64,000 bases of DNA from Octopus vulgaris (Eukaryota): assembly GCA_951406725.2 (NCBI GenBank), contig OX597835.1, forward strand, positions 1,116,001 to 1,180,000, in the 5' to 3' direction. Position numbers and translations under genes: made by a program. Position 1 is the first letter of the stretch. Every line of letters begins with the position of its first letter. The notes below the pieces were generated by a model. The model worked only from the letters and a program-made list of their open reading frames with translations, was not told where the DNA came from and searched no databases. Below, in pieces: positions 37,561 through 50,430 of the stretch.

Positions 37561-37930
37561 ACTAGTGAGGTCACCTTGCAGCTTAAGACAATGACCCCTG
37601 AATAGAGGGGGAACTTTATACTAAGAGAATAACGAGTAGAGAAAGGTAAAATATGAGCAAAAAGTGCAGGAGCAGAACAGGTTTCTTGTTGAAGATGAGT
37701 TACATGATGACTAATTATATTTTGAAGAGAGGTTGGGGTAGAGCTGGAAAATTGGTGATGAGGCATCAGCCTGGACCTTTAAGGTTTTGATGTGGATTTT
37801 CCCAATTTTTTTCTTGCTGTGGCCTTGCAAATGATGGAGGTAAGCTTTTTAATAAAAAAGATTTTGGAAGATTTTGATTGTTTTCCTTCCCCTCTCTTAC
37901 CTCCATCCACCTTCTGACTATTTAGGCCAA

Positions 37931-38186
37931 TTTTTTTCTGCTGGGTACTTAAAAAGCAATAGGAGAAGCCTAGAGAATGAAAATATTTTGAGATGGAAAG
38001 GTATGTGATTTAAGGGAGATTTAGCTGCTGTTTCTAGCACATCCCACAATGACCTGGTAATCACTAAAAACAGCAGCTAAATCACCCTTAAATTACATAC
38101 ATTTTTATCTAAAAATATTTTCATAATTTCTTTCCCGACCATAAAATTTTCTCTCGTTGCTTTTCAAGTGCCGAGTGCAAGAAAAA
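37931..38186. repeat. Long imperfect inverted repeat
   Basis: Inner 60-nt arms 37978-38037 and 38064-38123 with about 7 differences (three give G-U pairs), 26-nt loop; outer arms near 37931-37967 and 38149-38186. Confidence 0.85.
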
Positions 38187-38904
38187 GAAACAGAAAAAGT
38201 GGACAAAGAGATTGTAACTTTTTGAAACTTTTCATTCATAAATAGCTTCCCCTCTTCGTTTTCAAGGCTGCAGTGAAAGTAAAAAAATAGGAAAGATCTC
38301 TGTCAAAATGGAGAAAATCCAGCTTAAGGGGGTGTCATGATCCAAAGCTCAGCTCTACAAATAATTAAATGAAATTACAGCTGCCACAAGCATTTTGTGC
38401 ATATTCAGACATGGTTATATTGTTATCTTCAGTTGGTGGGTGGTCAGTTTTGATACACTGGTACAGGGTATAAAACTGAACCTTCTCTAAGTTTGGAGCT
38501 CTACAATAAATTTAATAAGTATCTTTAGGGAGCTCTGTGGAAGGGGTAACACACACAGTTTGACCATGCAAAACCCCATTTTTGGATACATCATTTTCAT
38601 GATAAAATATCTATTTTTCTTGGAAAATTATATATCTTTTGAAAGTTCTGGATGTGAACTTTGTTCTCATATAGTGTTAATAAAAACCTGACACTTACCT
38701 AAGATGTCTACATTTTTTAATCACCTGATTTACAATATGGGTGAGTAGACCATAACCCACACGCCAGATATTTTAAGCATCTCAGTGGTGATTCTTGAGC
38801 AGCTGAGGGTATTTCCCTGTCTTCATATCCTTAATTGCTTTATCTACCTGGGTACTGTTGATTCAGGTAGCTGGTCCCTCAATTGGGTAATAAAATATCT
38901 TTAT

Positions 38905-38985
38905 TATTCTTAATTCATTTATCTCTATTTCTGTTTTTATCTTTTGCAGGTAAGTCAAAGTGGTTTTGAAATCCATTTGGTAAGT
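38905..38985 (+). other. Candidate recursive splice site with 30-nt RS-exon or microexon (38950-38979)
   Basis: Branch-like CTTAAT near 38909, AG-free pyrimidine tract ending TCTTTTGCAG (AG at 38948-38949), immediately GTAAGT (38950-38955), second TTG|GTAAGT at 38980-38985. Confidence 0.65.
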
Positions 38986-39288
38986 CTCAGCCATTTTCAG
39001 TTTTCCTCCTCCCACTGCTTTTAGAGATTTTCTGTATTTAATGAAAAACTGACTGATTTGGTTTCACTAAATGTTCCACTGCCTCCAACCACAGATCTGG
39101 CAACAGTTCATTCCTCAATAAAAATAATGCATGATATATAACATTTCCTTGCTGTGAACAGGAGTTACCGTTTCTTGAAAATTTAATTAACCACTGCTTA
39201 CACTATTTACTAAAGGTGGAGGTGTGTATTCTTGCAGTTGTTGTTATTGCTGCTGTTGCTACCTCTGTTAGGTCATTTAGTACATATC

Positions 39289-39319
<31 letters not shown>

Positions 39320-39659
39320 GTAAATATTGCTTGGTCTTTATATATTATTCATAATCATGCAACATTGCTTGTTTGAGCCGTGAGTGAATGTGTGTCAGTT
39401 TGAGCAGGGAGCATAAATGTGTGTGTGTTTGTTTTGTCTCGGTAAATCGTATTCTGAATGTCGTGTATGCGTATGTGCTTGTCTTTGTGTGTGTGACTCC
39501 CACAAGATAAGTACATCACTCCTTTCCCAGCTTCCTTTAATAGTGATTGTTGCAGCCAGTGAATAAATACTTCCCAGAAATGGATATTTTTGATACTGGA
39601 ATTACAATATTCATTGGTGATAATTTTTGGTTCATATCAACTGCCAGAAAATTAAAATG

Positions 39660-39960
39660 TATAACCAAGTGATGGTTCCAAGTCCAGTCCCACTGTGTGA
39701 CACCTTGAGCGAGTGTCTTCTACTATAGCCCCAGGTTGACCAAAGCCTTGTGAGTGGATCAGGTAGACAGAAACTGAAAGAAGCCCATCATATATATCTA
39801 TATATGTATCAGTGTTTGTCCCCCCCACCACCATTTGACAACTGGTGCTAGTGTGTTTACATCCCTGTAACTTAGCGATTTGGCAAAAGAAACTGATAGA
39901 ATAAGTATGATGCTTATAAAAAAATAAGTCCTGGGGTTGATGCATTTGCCTAAAGATTCT
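39660..39960 (+). mobile_element. SINE family A, near full length
   Basis: GTCCCACTGTGTGACACCTTGAGCGAGTGTCTTCTACTATAGCC..GACCAAAGCCTTGTGAGTGG..GAAACTGAAAGAAGCCC..TTTGGCAAAAGAAACTGATAGAATAAGTA. Confidence 0.8.
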
Positions 39961-40762
39961 TCCAGACAGTGTCACAGACTTTTAAGAAATAACAGGAAAA
40001 TCTGAATCTTTAAAAAATGGAAGAAAGCATTTCATAATGGGATTCTAGAAAGTCTTGAAAATAAAGGATGGTCATGGCTTACTTGAGTACCAACGACTAC
40101 CAAGCTATTAAAACCATTGATTCCAACAATATGTACATTTTCAGTTTTGCAAAACCAGATCCAAATAGGTTTATGTTGTTAAAATATTTGCTTAGCAACT
40201 ATTTGTTTTCTGGTTCAATCCCATTGAACAGCACCTTTGGAAAGTATTTTCTACCAAAGCTTCAGGTTAACAAAAAACTTGAGAATGAAATTTGGTTAAC
40301 GCAATTCCTATTATACTTAGTTTATTGCCTGTTTTACCACCATCACCTGGCCTTTGGGTGTCTTTAGCAGTCTTCCTTCTTACAAGCATCCAGACCATGT
40401 TTTCAATCTGAGGATAACTTCCTCCCTTCCATTTACTCATTTCAGAGACCCCTAAACAGGAACCTGTTTGCTGCCCTTCTTCATATATCTAACCTAGTCT
40501 TTGACTTTGTGTTGTACTGGAGATCAAAAATCATTAATGAAATAATTAAAAAATTGATGTTACATTTTGCATGGAAAATGAGAGGAGGGAAGAGCATGGG
40601 GATGGGTTCATTGGACTTGAACCCTGGAATTTCCTAACATCTTGGAAAAAATTTTCCTTTGTAGAGCACAAGCATTTAAGGAAAGGAAGAGGACTGTGAA
40701 AGACTCTTTGGCGCTCTGATAAAATTCTCATTGAAGAACATAAACAGCTGTAACTAAACACA

Positions 40763-41523
40763 GGTATAGACTGGGGGAAGTTCAGAGAGCTACTACTTCT
40801 GTTAGTAATGCAGGCCCTCTCCCTCGGAGTGAAAGGCAGATTGTATGTTACCTGTGTATGAACAGCTATGCCACATGTCAGTGAGACATGGGCTGTGACT
40901 ACTGAGGATATGTGAAGGCTTGAAAGAAATTAAGCCTGTATGCGCCACTGGATGGGTAATGTCAGTGTGCAGGGTAAGTGATTTTGGACAAAAACTGGCA
41001 TTAAATGTAGCATGCTAGAGAGATGACTGCATTGGTATGATCATATAATGCATATGGTGCCAATCCCTAATTGTGGAGGGAACCTTTGGAGAGAATAGAC
41101 ACAGGTATATGTTGGGCAAAGTGGTGAGAAAGGCTCTACAGGCATTGGGACACACAGAGGGGATGACAGGGGACTGAGACTTTTGGCAGTTTGCTGTGCT
41201 TGAAAAGACACACCAAGTTAGGTAAAAGCATGGTTGCCTTAGCAAACAGGCTTGGCCCTTGCAACCCTCTCCAGCTGAGCATCCTTAATCTTGCAGGCTC
41301 ATAGGGGCTGGTACCACATAAATGCACCCATGTTGGTGCTGCGTAAAAGCACCCACTACATTCTATAAAGTGGTTGGTGTTAGGAAGGGCATCCAGCCAT
41401 AGAGACCATACCGAAACTGACGATTGGAGCCTGGGCAACTCTCCAGCTGGCCAGCTCTGGTCCAACTGTCCAACTCATGCCAGCATGGAAAATGGGTGTT
41501 AAATGATGACGATGGTGATGATT
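40763..41523 (+). mobile_element. RTE-clade LINE 3' portion with tail
   Basis: WGKFRELL..LSLGVKGRLY..SETWAVT..RLERN..WM; 3' UTR GTAAAAGCACCCACTACA..AGGAAGGGCATCCAGCC..CAGCATGGAAAATGGGTGTTAAATGATGA. Confidence 0.8.
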
Positions 41524-42049
41524 ATATGATCAAATATGAGAGCCACTCTTGTTATGACCATCCCATTTTTTACTAATGTACAGTGCACTTAGGACCACAT
41601 CATGAAGGTGTCCTTTTCTAAGATAGAAGTAGAGGCTTTAAGAAAAATTTGGTTATCACTTCTAATATGTTGTGCAATGGTGTAGATTTTTTTTTTATCA
41701 TTGACTTGTTCCTGCTGTTTAGCTCCAAGTTGGTTCTGTTCAAGTAAACCTATCATAAAAGGGGTTCTGGCTATGACCATCCTGTCTTTCCTTTTTTAGA
41801 TGTAGAGCATTATCAACATGTTCTTTTCCCGATACAGTAAAGTGTCGTTTGAGGAGGTTTGCTTGCTCTTTCTACCTAGTTTAGCAGCCATATAGAAGTT
41901 TCTTCATCTCCTTGTACTATTTGTCTTTTATCAGATCTACTTTTGCTTCTCTGTGTTCCTATGTCACATTCTGTGGATGTTTCTAGTTGCCAGTCTACAT
42001 TGAATTGTTGGTCCTGATGCAAATAGCAGCATTAACGATGTATGATGTG

Positions 42050-42260
42050 TTACTACTTGTAACCACAACAACAAATTATTATAAATTGATGTTGCTGCAA
42101 AAGACTATCTTTACAAAAGTTATATAAGAATGTGACAGTATTGTATGGCTGTGAAACGTGGGTAATACAGATAGGGGTGGTTGGTACTCTATAGTAGAAA
42201 TTACAAAAAGTGTTGATATTCCACGGCAAGGAAATATGGGACCAAAATTCCTGATGGTTG
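42050..42260 (+). mobile_element. RTE-like LINE fragment
   Basis: KLYKNVTVLYGCETWVIQ motif. Confidence 0.5.
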
Positions 42261-42916
42261 ACAATTATTATTGTTGTTTGAAGATTATTACTGAACATTG
42301 CTGTCTGTTGCTGATGATGGTCGGCAATGTCTTTGAACAAAGGAATTGAGTTTGGTTTTTTTCTGGATGTAGCGTTATTGTGTGGTGTGAATGTCTTTGG
42401 CTTGATGTATGCCATGAAAAATTACTCTTTGTTAAATTCTGGGTTAATTCTAAATTTATAGATCCATGATGAAATGTGTTCTAACTATAGCCATCTTTAC
42501 TTTTTTAGACATTTTCTTTTTTTATTAGACATTTAGGGCTAGTGTATTTTTTAGTTAGTTGAACGTGATTTGAAAGTATTTTAGCTGCTATTTCTAGACA
42601 GTCAAGCATCCATGTACCACCAACACCATATTTTTCCTGTTTCAGTTTTCCAATGACATCATGATTTTGTTAATCTTTTTTTTTTTTGTGGGAGATCATT
42701 AGAAATAGTAGACAGTTTCTGTTACTGAGGTGACCAAGTTAGTAGGGGGGGGGAGGTTGTTCCAAAAGCATAGCTGCTAGAATAGGAATAGACTGGGTGA
42801 ATAACAAAATCTTTAGCAAAATATGTTTTGATATCCAAACAACTTGTGTGCTACATTCAAATGAGAACCAATGAAATGGGTTTCACCATTTCACTGTTCT
42901 TGGTATTTCTTTCTCC

Positions 42917-43085
42917 AGGCACAAGTGTGGCTGAGTGGTGAAGAAGTTTGATTCTTAATTGCATGTTGGGTCCCACTGTGTGGTACCTTCAGCAAGTCTC
43001 TTCTTCTACAGCCCTGGACTAACCAAAACCTTGTGAGTGAATTTGGTAGACAAAAACTGAAAGAAGCCGTGTGTGTGTGTGTGCA
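42917..43085 (+). mobile_element. SINE family A, 5' half
   Basis: GGCACAAGTGTGGCTGAGTGGTGAAG..GTCCCACTGTGTGGTACCTT..ACCAAAACCTTGTGAGTGAATTTGGTAGAC. Confidence 0.7.
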
Positions 43086-43479
43086 TATTCTGCTCTTTCT
43101 CCTTTTAAATTTTGAATGGCTGCCTTCTTGGTAGCAAGTTTGTGAAGGAAAGCTTCTTGTTTTAATCATCATCCTTCAAATCTTAAATGTATGAGTGTTT
43201 GTGACTCCTTGTCCTTGTATGTTGTAAATGAGTCATACATTTCCAATATTCTGCAGAAACAGGTCTGGTTAAGGGGAAATATTACCCTGCTTGGAAAGAA
43301 ATGAGGTTGGGTGACAAGGAATGACATCCTGTTATAAAAAAAATTTGCTTCAATAAACTTCATTTGACCCATTCTCATATGAAAGCATGGATATTAAATA
43401 TGATGGAGATGATGATGACATTTACTTTGGTAGAACCTTGATTGTATTTCTGCCAAACAGCATCAGTGTAGTTGAGTGG

Positions 43480-43870
43480 TTTTTCGTCTGTTAGGTTGTG
43501 GAAGTTTCTAAATTATAACATGATATGGCCTAGTGTTCAGCATTCTGCTGAACACTAACTTGCTAAGCCTATCCCACAAACGAACAACAATAGTGGAATG
43601 TGTCTATAATTTCCTCTTTAGTCATGTACTCACACCATGAAATGTTTTGAGGCTTCACGAGAAGTCTGGTGTACTTACCATCAAGTTGATTTTGTAGCTC
43701 CTTTATAGTCGAGGTTTTGATTCCAAAGGGAAGAATTCTCTCAGCATAAATCCTCAAGACCAGTGTTATTAACTTTGAAATGCTCGATTGTCAGATAGTA
43801 TGAAGTTGCAGGAACTCTAGGCTTGTTTCTTGCATGTCAGGAAGTCTTTCTTGTTGGTTTCTCTTCGGCA
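43480..43870 (-). mobile_element. RTE/RTEX-like LINE fragment
   Basis: ERILPFGIKTSTIKELQNQLDGKYTRLLVKPQNISWCEYMTKEE resembles E.ILLYGSETWT...LDG.YTRLLR...NISW. Confidence 0.6.
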
Positions 43871-45743
43871 TATGCTATAATTTTTCATTCTGTTTTAGCA
43901 ATCAGAGCACTGCCTTGTCTATACACAGCATGAATTTGTTGCATGTGTAATATATGTAATTGAGGGAAATTTGAGGAAATATTTGAAGTAATTCCCATGT
44001 ACAGAAGGTGACAGTAAAATGCAACTCTCCTTTACAGCACATCCCCACAGACATGATGAAATATGTAAATTGTGATATTTTTAGTGAAAGAAGTTTAATG
44101 TAGCTTCTTCACTAATGATTTCTAATTTAGATTAAATTAGATCAAAAAATGTAGAAGTTAACAACAGCATTAACGACCTGAAATGAATGGAAAATTGAAA
44201 CTATATTTCTAGAGTTAACTTATTTATCGATATCATATTTCGTGTACAAAAGAATATTTGGTTAGAGGAGTCCAATGGGCCAATTATCAGTTTATTGCAT
44301 TAACAATGGCGAATGTAACGAGGAAATGCATAGATAATTCAGACAGAACAAACATCATCATCATCATCATCGTTTAGCATCCGCTTTCCATGCTAGCATG
44401 GGTTGGACTAATCAAATAACAATTTTATATGAAAGCATTAGCTAATACCAAAAGTGCATTGCAGTCACTTGACATCCTGTGTAGAGCCGAATGCAAGGTA
44501 CTACACACCTCTTTCATTGCATGCACATACCTATGCTAACAAGGAAATAAATAGTTATTCAACCTGTTAGAAATAGTAGCCAAATCTCCCTCAAATCACA
44601 CTATTAAAAAACAATGAATGTAGTGTCTGAAAAGAATCAAAGATGGGACAGTTACAACAAAAATGCTTTCGACCAAAGGTCTGCTCTGTCTAAACTGACC
44701 TCAGGCTATTATTACTAGATTTACATTCCTTTACATTACATTAGTTGCCCTCTACAGGGAAAATTTAGCTTCTAGAAAGGAGATAACCAGGCTCTAGATG
44801 GAGATAGGGAAGGGGACTCTTGAGACCTTGTATTTAGAGGGATGGCCAACAACAGTTTATCTAAGGAAAAATTCACTTGCCACTCTACACATAACAGAAC
44901 TCCCTCCCATCACAGTTAGCCATGTTTTTGTAGGTTTTTTTTCTGTTTTTTTTTTTTATAAAATGTATTTGTGTTTGTTTGAGGTAGTTACTGTTGTCCC
45001 TTTAATAGGGCAGGGTTATTAGCTGGTGTGGGGTAGGAGAGAATGTGTGAAGAATGGATAAAAGGAATGACACTTGTAAATGTGTAGCAATCAACTAAAA
45101 GAATTTTACATTCACTTGCTAACATTTACAGGAGTCTACAGGCGTAATCTGACCCCTTGGCTAATTCTCTTCCCTTTCTCATTGCCTTCCCTCTCACTTT
45201 TGAAATTGTGGTAGGTGGAGGGGTTGGAGTGTCGGGGGGGGGGGGACAATGGTGGTTGTGAAGGGGGCAGTGTCTGCTAGAATGTATTTACTTGTTTTGT
45301 TGCATGATGGAGTGGAGTTGTGGTGGTCATGTAAAAATGGACTCAACTACTCAACTAATACCTGGTGGCTAACATACATGATGATATGAACCCCTTTCTT
45401 CAAGAAGGGAGAGGGGCTGCATCACACTTCCTCCCACTCCAGCTATACTTACCCCTCCATAGTGTAGACAAAGCCCATAGGTAGGTAATTAGCAGGTGAG
45501 TCAGAAGTAAATTTACTGAGATTTATTTCATTGGCTCCTTCACTATACCCCCCCCCAAACATTGACCATCTCCTTCACCCTCTGACCCTCATTCTATCCA
45601 AACACTGATGTAGCATTTCACTTATTCCTTCCCATTCGAGTGTGGATGTGGAGGGGTTGTGTTCAGTCCTTAATCATTTTTGGCCATAAACCAGGGTCAT
45701 GTCTTTTGATCATGTACCAGTTCTTTTAATATTATATTTAAAA

Positions 45744-45876
45744 CTAGCAGAGATACCTGGCGTTGCTTGGGAATAAAATGGCATAGTTTTTTTATAGTTT
45801 TGTTTCAGTCATGTAACTGAGGCCATGCTAGAGCACCGCCTTTAGTCAAAGAAATCAACCCCAGGATTTATTCTTT
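45744..45876 (-). mobile_element. Second SINE-tail/Helitron-end chimaera
   Basis: Reverse complement ..CATGACTGAAACAAAACTATAAAAAAACTATGCCATTTTATTCCCAAGCAACGCCAGGTATCTCTGCTAG|T matches 3039-3113. Confidence 0.65.
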
Positions 45877-46674
45877 AAGAATAAATAACATTTTAATCAG
45901 TTTTTTTGTATTTTCTATCTGTTGTTCTATTTATCTATCTATCCTCATTGATTGATACATTGATGGCTGAACGATAATAAATTTATTATAGATAGAAAGA
46001 TAGATTTTTCACTGAAAGTGAAATATCCAAGCAAAATATCTGTGGATGTTATTCATATTTTTTTGAAATTCGAACTTGTATTGTCAAGATAGATACATCA
46101 ACAAGAAAAAAAAAAATAGATATGAAACAACCAACTGAACTCAAGTGAAATAAAATGAAAATAATCTTGGTTGGCAAACAACTTAGACTGAGCTTTGTTA
46201 CTGAAAATTTCAATGAAGGGTTTGGGGGGGGTCTGGTTGTGATGATGATAATGATGGAAGTGGACAGTGAAAAGTCTTTTTTTTATTGAACTAAATTTTT
46301 TTATATCACTTAATGCATGTGCATCAGTGCAATTATTGATTATCTGCTGAACATTGATATTTGTTTATAAAATATGGATGACAAATGTCTTAAGCTAACG
46401 AGAGACAGAATGGGATGGCGTAGGTAACAATGTAAAGAGAAGCAGGGGTGTGAAATCACTTGAACTAGCATGGGAGCAGCAGCAGCATAGAAGGGGGGGG
46501 AGTGAATCAGGGAAACTGTTCAAGATAGAATATAAAATTAAAATGAGAGAGAAAGTCAAAAAAACTGTGAACATAATTGAAAGTTACAACAATGGTGACA
46601 TGAATATTCTCAGTAATCCTTGTGAAAGTCTTAGATTTACAAATGAACCTCTGAACTGCTGAGAGAATGGAAAA

Positions 46675-46902
46675 GTCATGCTCCCTCGGTTACAGTCTCT
46701 ATGCCAATGATGTTATCCAAGGGAGAAGCAAAGGCCGATACTGCTTGGCACCAGTGACATTGCAATTCATTTCTACTGCCGAGTGAAGTGGAGCAATGTG
46801 AAATAAAGTGCTCAAGAACACAACACACAACCCTGTCCAGGAATTGAACTCACTACCTCATGATTGTGAGTCCAACACTCTAACCACTGAGCCATCCCGC
46901 TT
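46675..46902 (-). mobile_element. SINE family B
   Basis: Reverse complement starts GGATGGCTCAGTGGTTAGAG..GAGTTCAATTCCTGGAC. Confidence 0.8.
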
Positions 46903-47164
46903 TACAGTTCTATATAAACTTCTGACAAGCTAAAAAATTACGTATTTAAAACATGAAACTTTCACAGGGACTGCTTGTTATTACTGTTTTTATTGTTGCT
47001 TTGCTTTATTATAAGTTAATCCAAATGTCTTGAAGAGACAGCAATTTATTGGTTTTATTGTGAGTGTTATTTATGTGTAGCAAGAATATATTTCAGGGAA
47101 AGGCAATGAATACTAAGAATTAGGATTTTTGAAAGATTTCTAAAAATTCAAATATTCTCATGTT

Positions 47165-47440
47165 GACCGTGTCTTTCTTAGGATGTAGGCTGCAACCACA
47201 AGAACAATTTTTTGTAGCTCTGGTACTTTTGGGTTTCTTGGTATTTGGTCATATTATTATTTAAGAGAATCATTTGATATTATCTCCATAGATTTGATGA
47301 TTACAGTTATGGTTGTTGTTCTTAAATACCACATTTTTGAGACCTTTATTCCAAGGTCCTTGTATCTTTTTATCTTTTCAAACGTTTTCACAAAGGTGTT
47401 GCATTCTGCTAGTGTTGACATGAGCAAACGTTTTGTCAAT
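47165..47440 (-). mobile_element. R4/Dong-like restriction-like endonuclease remnant
   Basis: KTFEKIKRYKDLGIKVSKMWYLRTTTITVII..ELQKIVLVVAAYILRK fits EK..KY.DL..E..RMW..LQK..LLGTA.ILR. Confidence 0.7.
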
Positions 47441-47479
47441 TTGATCATTTACTCAACAGAGATTGCTGTTGTTTCTACT

Positions 47480-47715
47480 TGGAAGATGTTCAGCCACGAG
47501 CTGCACATGCCTGTGAAGAGACCAGTGAGAACTTCTCCCAAGTAGAAGCTAGAGATGGGGTATAGAAGGTGAGACCTAGTTGAAGATTGTGAAGCAGGAC
47601 CTGGCAGATACAGGCCTGGCCTGCATACAAGCTCATGACAGTGCTTGCAATTGTACTGAAAGGAGATCTCTTTGTCACCCAGTGTTCCATGGGAAGTGGG
47701 TGGAGCTAAGGTCTG
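47480..47715 (+). mobile_element. RTE-like LINE 3' remnant
   Basis: ET*LKIVKQDLADTGL...AHDSACNCTERRSLVTQC resembles the RTE C-terminus. Confidence 0.4.
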
Positions 47716-47753
47716 CTTTATACCTTGTTTCATGATAGGGAAGAGAGTGTTAA

Positions 47754-47965
47754 CCCTTTCGTTACTGTATTTATTTTGAGATGCTCTGTTTCTTTCAATT
47801 ACTTTAAATATAACAAAAAATTTAGTAAAATAACTTAGTTATCATTCAGCTAGTGTTAGGAACATAAATTGTGACTACAGTTTGGTGGAAGATTTTAATT
47901 CAGAACTTATGAAAACAAGACATTTGTAGCCAGAGCCGGTTTCAGCCGGGTTGGTATCGAAAGGG
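47754..47965. mobile_element. piggyBac-type MITE
   Basis: TTAA|CCCTTTCGTTAC...GTATCGAAAGGG|TTAA; inverted homolog of 27659-27865. Confidence 0.85.
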
Positions 47966-48139
47966 TTAAAGGAGATGGTGGAATTCATTTTAATTCATTT
48001 TGGGCTATAGTAAAATTGGGATTTGATATATTGTTTAAATAGTGTTTAACCCTAGGTCGTCCTTAAGCCAACAGAAATATAATCGAATACATTATACTCA
48101 TGACCAACCTGTTACTTTTCATCTACAACTACGTTGTGA

Positions 48140-48441
48140 AAGCATGTAGCTTAGTGCTTGGGGCATTTGGCTTACAATCGTAAGGTTGTGAGTTCAATCA
48201 CTGGCAGTGCATTGTGTCCTTGAGCAAGACACTTTCTTTCACATTGCTGCTGTCCACTCAGCTGGCAAAAATGAGTTGGAACTATATTTCAAAGAGTCAG
48301 CCTTGTCACATTTTGTGTCACACTGAATCTCCCTGAGAACTATGTTAAGGGCACACGTGTCTGTGGAGTGCATGTTAATTCCATGAGCGGGCCGTTCCAT
48401 TGATCAGATCACCCCTCGTTGTTGTAATTGACAGAGTGCCA
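48140..48441 (+). mobile_element. tRNA-derived SINE with family B-like head and a different body
   Basis: GAGTTCAATC B box and TGTGTCCTTGAGCAAGACACTTT..CCACTCAGCTG, then unrelated 3' sequence. Confidence 0.65.
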
Positions 48442-50237
48442 GATACAACTTCAGTATCAGACGTGTCCTTCCTCCACACGTTCTCTTTTTAACACTAGTT
48501 AGGTGTGACTTGTGATCGTAAGTTTTGCTCCATCACGGTTGATTTCAGTTTTCAAAACAATCACTTGCACTTTTATCATTTAAACCAACCATAGCCGTTC
48601 AAAATAGTTTCTATGTTTGACATTCAAACTGATTGGATGTTACATCTGACATCTACACTACAATGTTAGTTTAAGAAATATACAGTGACATCATTGAAAG
48701 CTCCAGGCTACAAGATGATGCAGGATAGATTCAAATGAATGTGAAGGAATAAGCATTACATTTGATAGAGTAAACCGAATGCTAAAGGGTTCAATCTCAA
48801 GTGAGTGCCATTGTAGAATTACATAAAAAGATCCAGCTGTTGGCCTACCCTATCCATTCAGCCACATATTTTGAATTCAGTTCTGGCCTAACTCTTAAAC
48901 AACAAAAACATTTACCTCATCAGTTTTGCATCACTGGCTACGTAATTGAACAATTTGTAAAAATAAACTTCCTAATAAAATATTAGAGAAGGTCGGAACT
49001 GTTGTCTTTAGTTTAAATAAAATACAATACTTCAATTTAAAACTTGCTTACTCCTTTCTTTTCTATTTCTTTTTATTTTTTAGAGGTTATTAAATTATAT
49101 ATTTTCTGTTAATTTCAACTTCAATTGACATCACCTAATTTTTGCTTTTGAAGTAGCTAGTTTGTGAAATGTCTCATATTTAATCAGGCATCTAATTACC
49201 TAAAGATGAGAGTGAAGGAATATGTATGTGTATATGAATCATATGTATTATTAGCTATACATGTAAGGGCTGTGATCGTGACCCTGTGGATAAGGTGTTC
49301 ACTTTGAAGCTACATGTTTGTATGTGACCCTTTGAAGCTACATGTTTGTATGTTCATGTTACTAATAGCATTTCATTTATTACTAACGTCTCTTTTTGTC
49401 ATCTTTTTTTTTCTGGTTACGCAATCGATTAACAACCACACATGCACAACATTATTTTTAGCACAAATGACTATAAACATTAAAAAACAAAAACTTCTGC
49501 AATATTGCTAATTTTCATCATCTGACCACAAGAAAGACAGGCATTTGAATAAACAAACCTTTTTCCAGTTATTTTCTGCTCCATCATTACAAGACTGAGC
49601 TTTTGACAGAAAATTTTCAACAAGATGTTAAAAGTTAATAAATACATCGCATAACATGTATTCTACATATTTCACACCTAGAGACTTGTTACAACACATC
49701 ATATACTGCCAGGCTTGGTTCTGATCAAAGTTCATTTGCCAAATGCTGTATAATTTGTCAATAATCAATAATTCATTCCATATCATTACAACATGTCCTG
49801 TATATAAAGTTGTTACAGTGAAACACACCTCACAATATGCAAATTTTATTTGCTACATGTTCATTGCATGTATTTCCTGTGGTTAATGTACATGGGTTTC
49901 TATATAACAAATTTTATGTACTAAAATATATCCAGTTACAATACAGATGTATTATATATATATTTCAAACGTTACTTACACTCATTATACTGTGCATCAT
50001 GCATCACTGAATCTAATTTAGCCAATCCTTCATTGAGTCTTTCTTGTGAACAGAGTTAAAATCCTTGGAAGATTTTAGTCTGTTACAGTTCCTTACCTAA
50101 TTTAGTGTTCAATTTTGTGAAGAATCCGTTTCCACTCGGATTTTCAGATTTCCTTGATCCTCACTTCTATTATTCTTAAAGTGTGTCTATACATAGTGTG
50201 TTTATACAAGTGTGTATATACAAAGTGTGTATATACA

Positions 50238-50430
50238 TAGGTGTAGTTGTGGTTGTGTGGTAAGATGTTTGCTTCCCAGCTACATGGTTCCAGGTTCAGT
50301 CTCACTCTGTGGCACCCTGAGCAAGTGTCTTCCGTTATAGCCTCAGATCAACCAAAGCTTTGTGAGTGGATTTGGTAGATGGAAACTGAACGAAGCCTGT
50401 TGAGTATATGTATATCTATGTGTGTGCATC
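50238..50430 (+). mobile_element. SINE family A, 5' half
   Basis: GTGGTAAGATGTTTGCTTCCC..CATGGTTCCAGGTTCAGTC..GAGCAAGTGTCTTC..TTGTGAGTGGATTTGGTAGATGGAAACTG. Confidence 0.75.

Noticed and set aside
38694-38712. Minus-strand TAG|GTAAGT as a second recursive site
   Set aside because: No polypyrimidine tract, an upstream AG nearby, and probably inside a transposon; similar weak cases near 50990 (minus) and 51891
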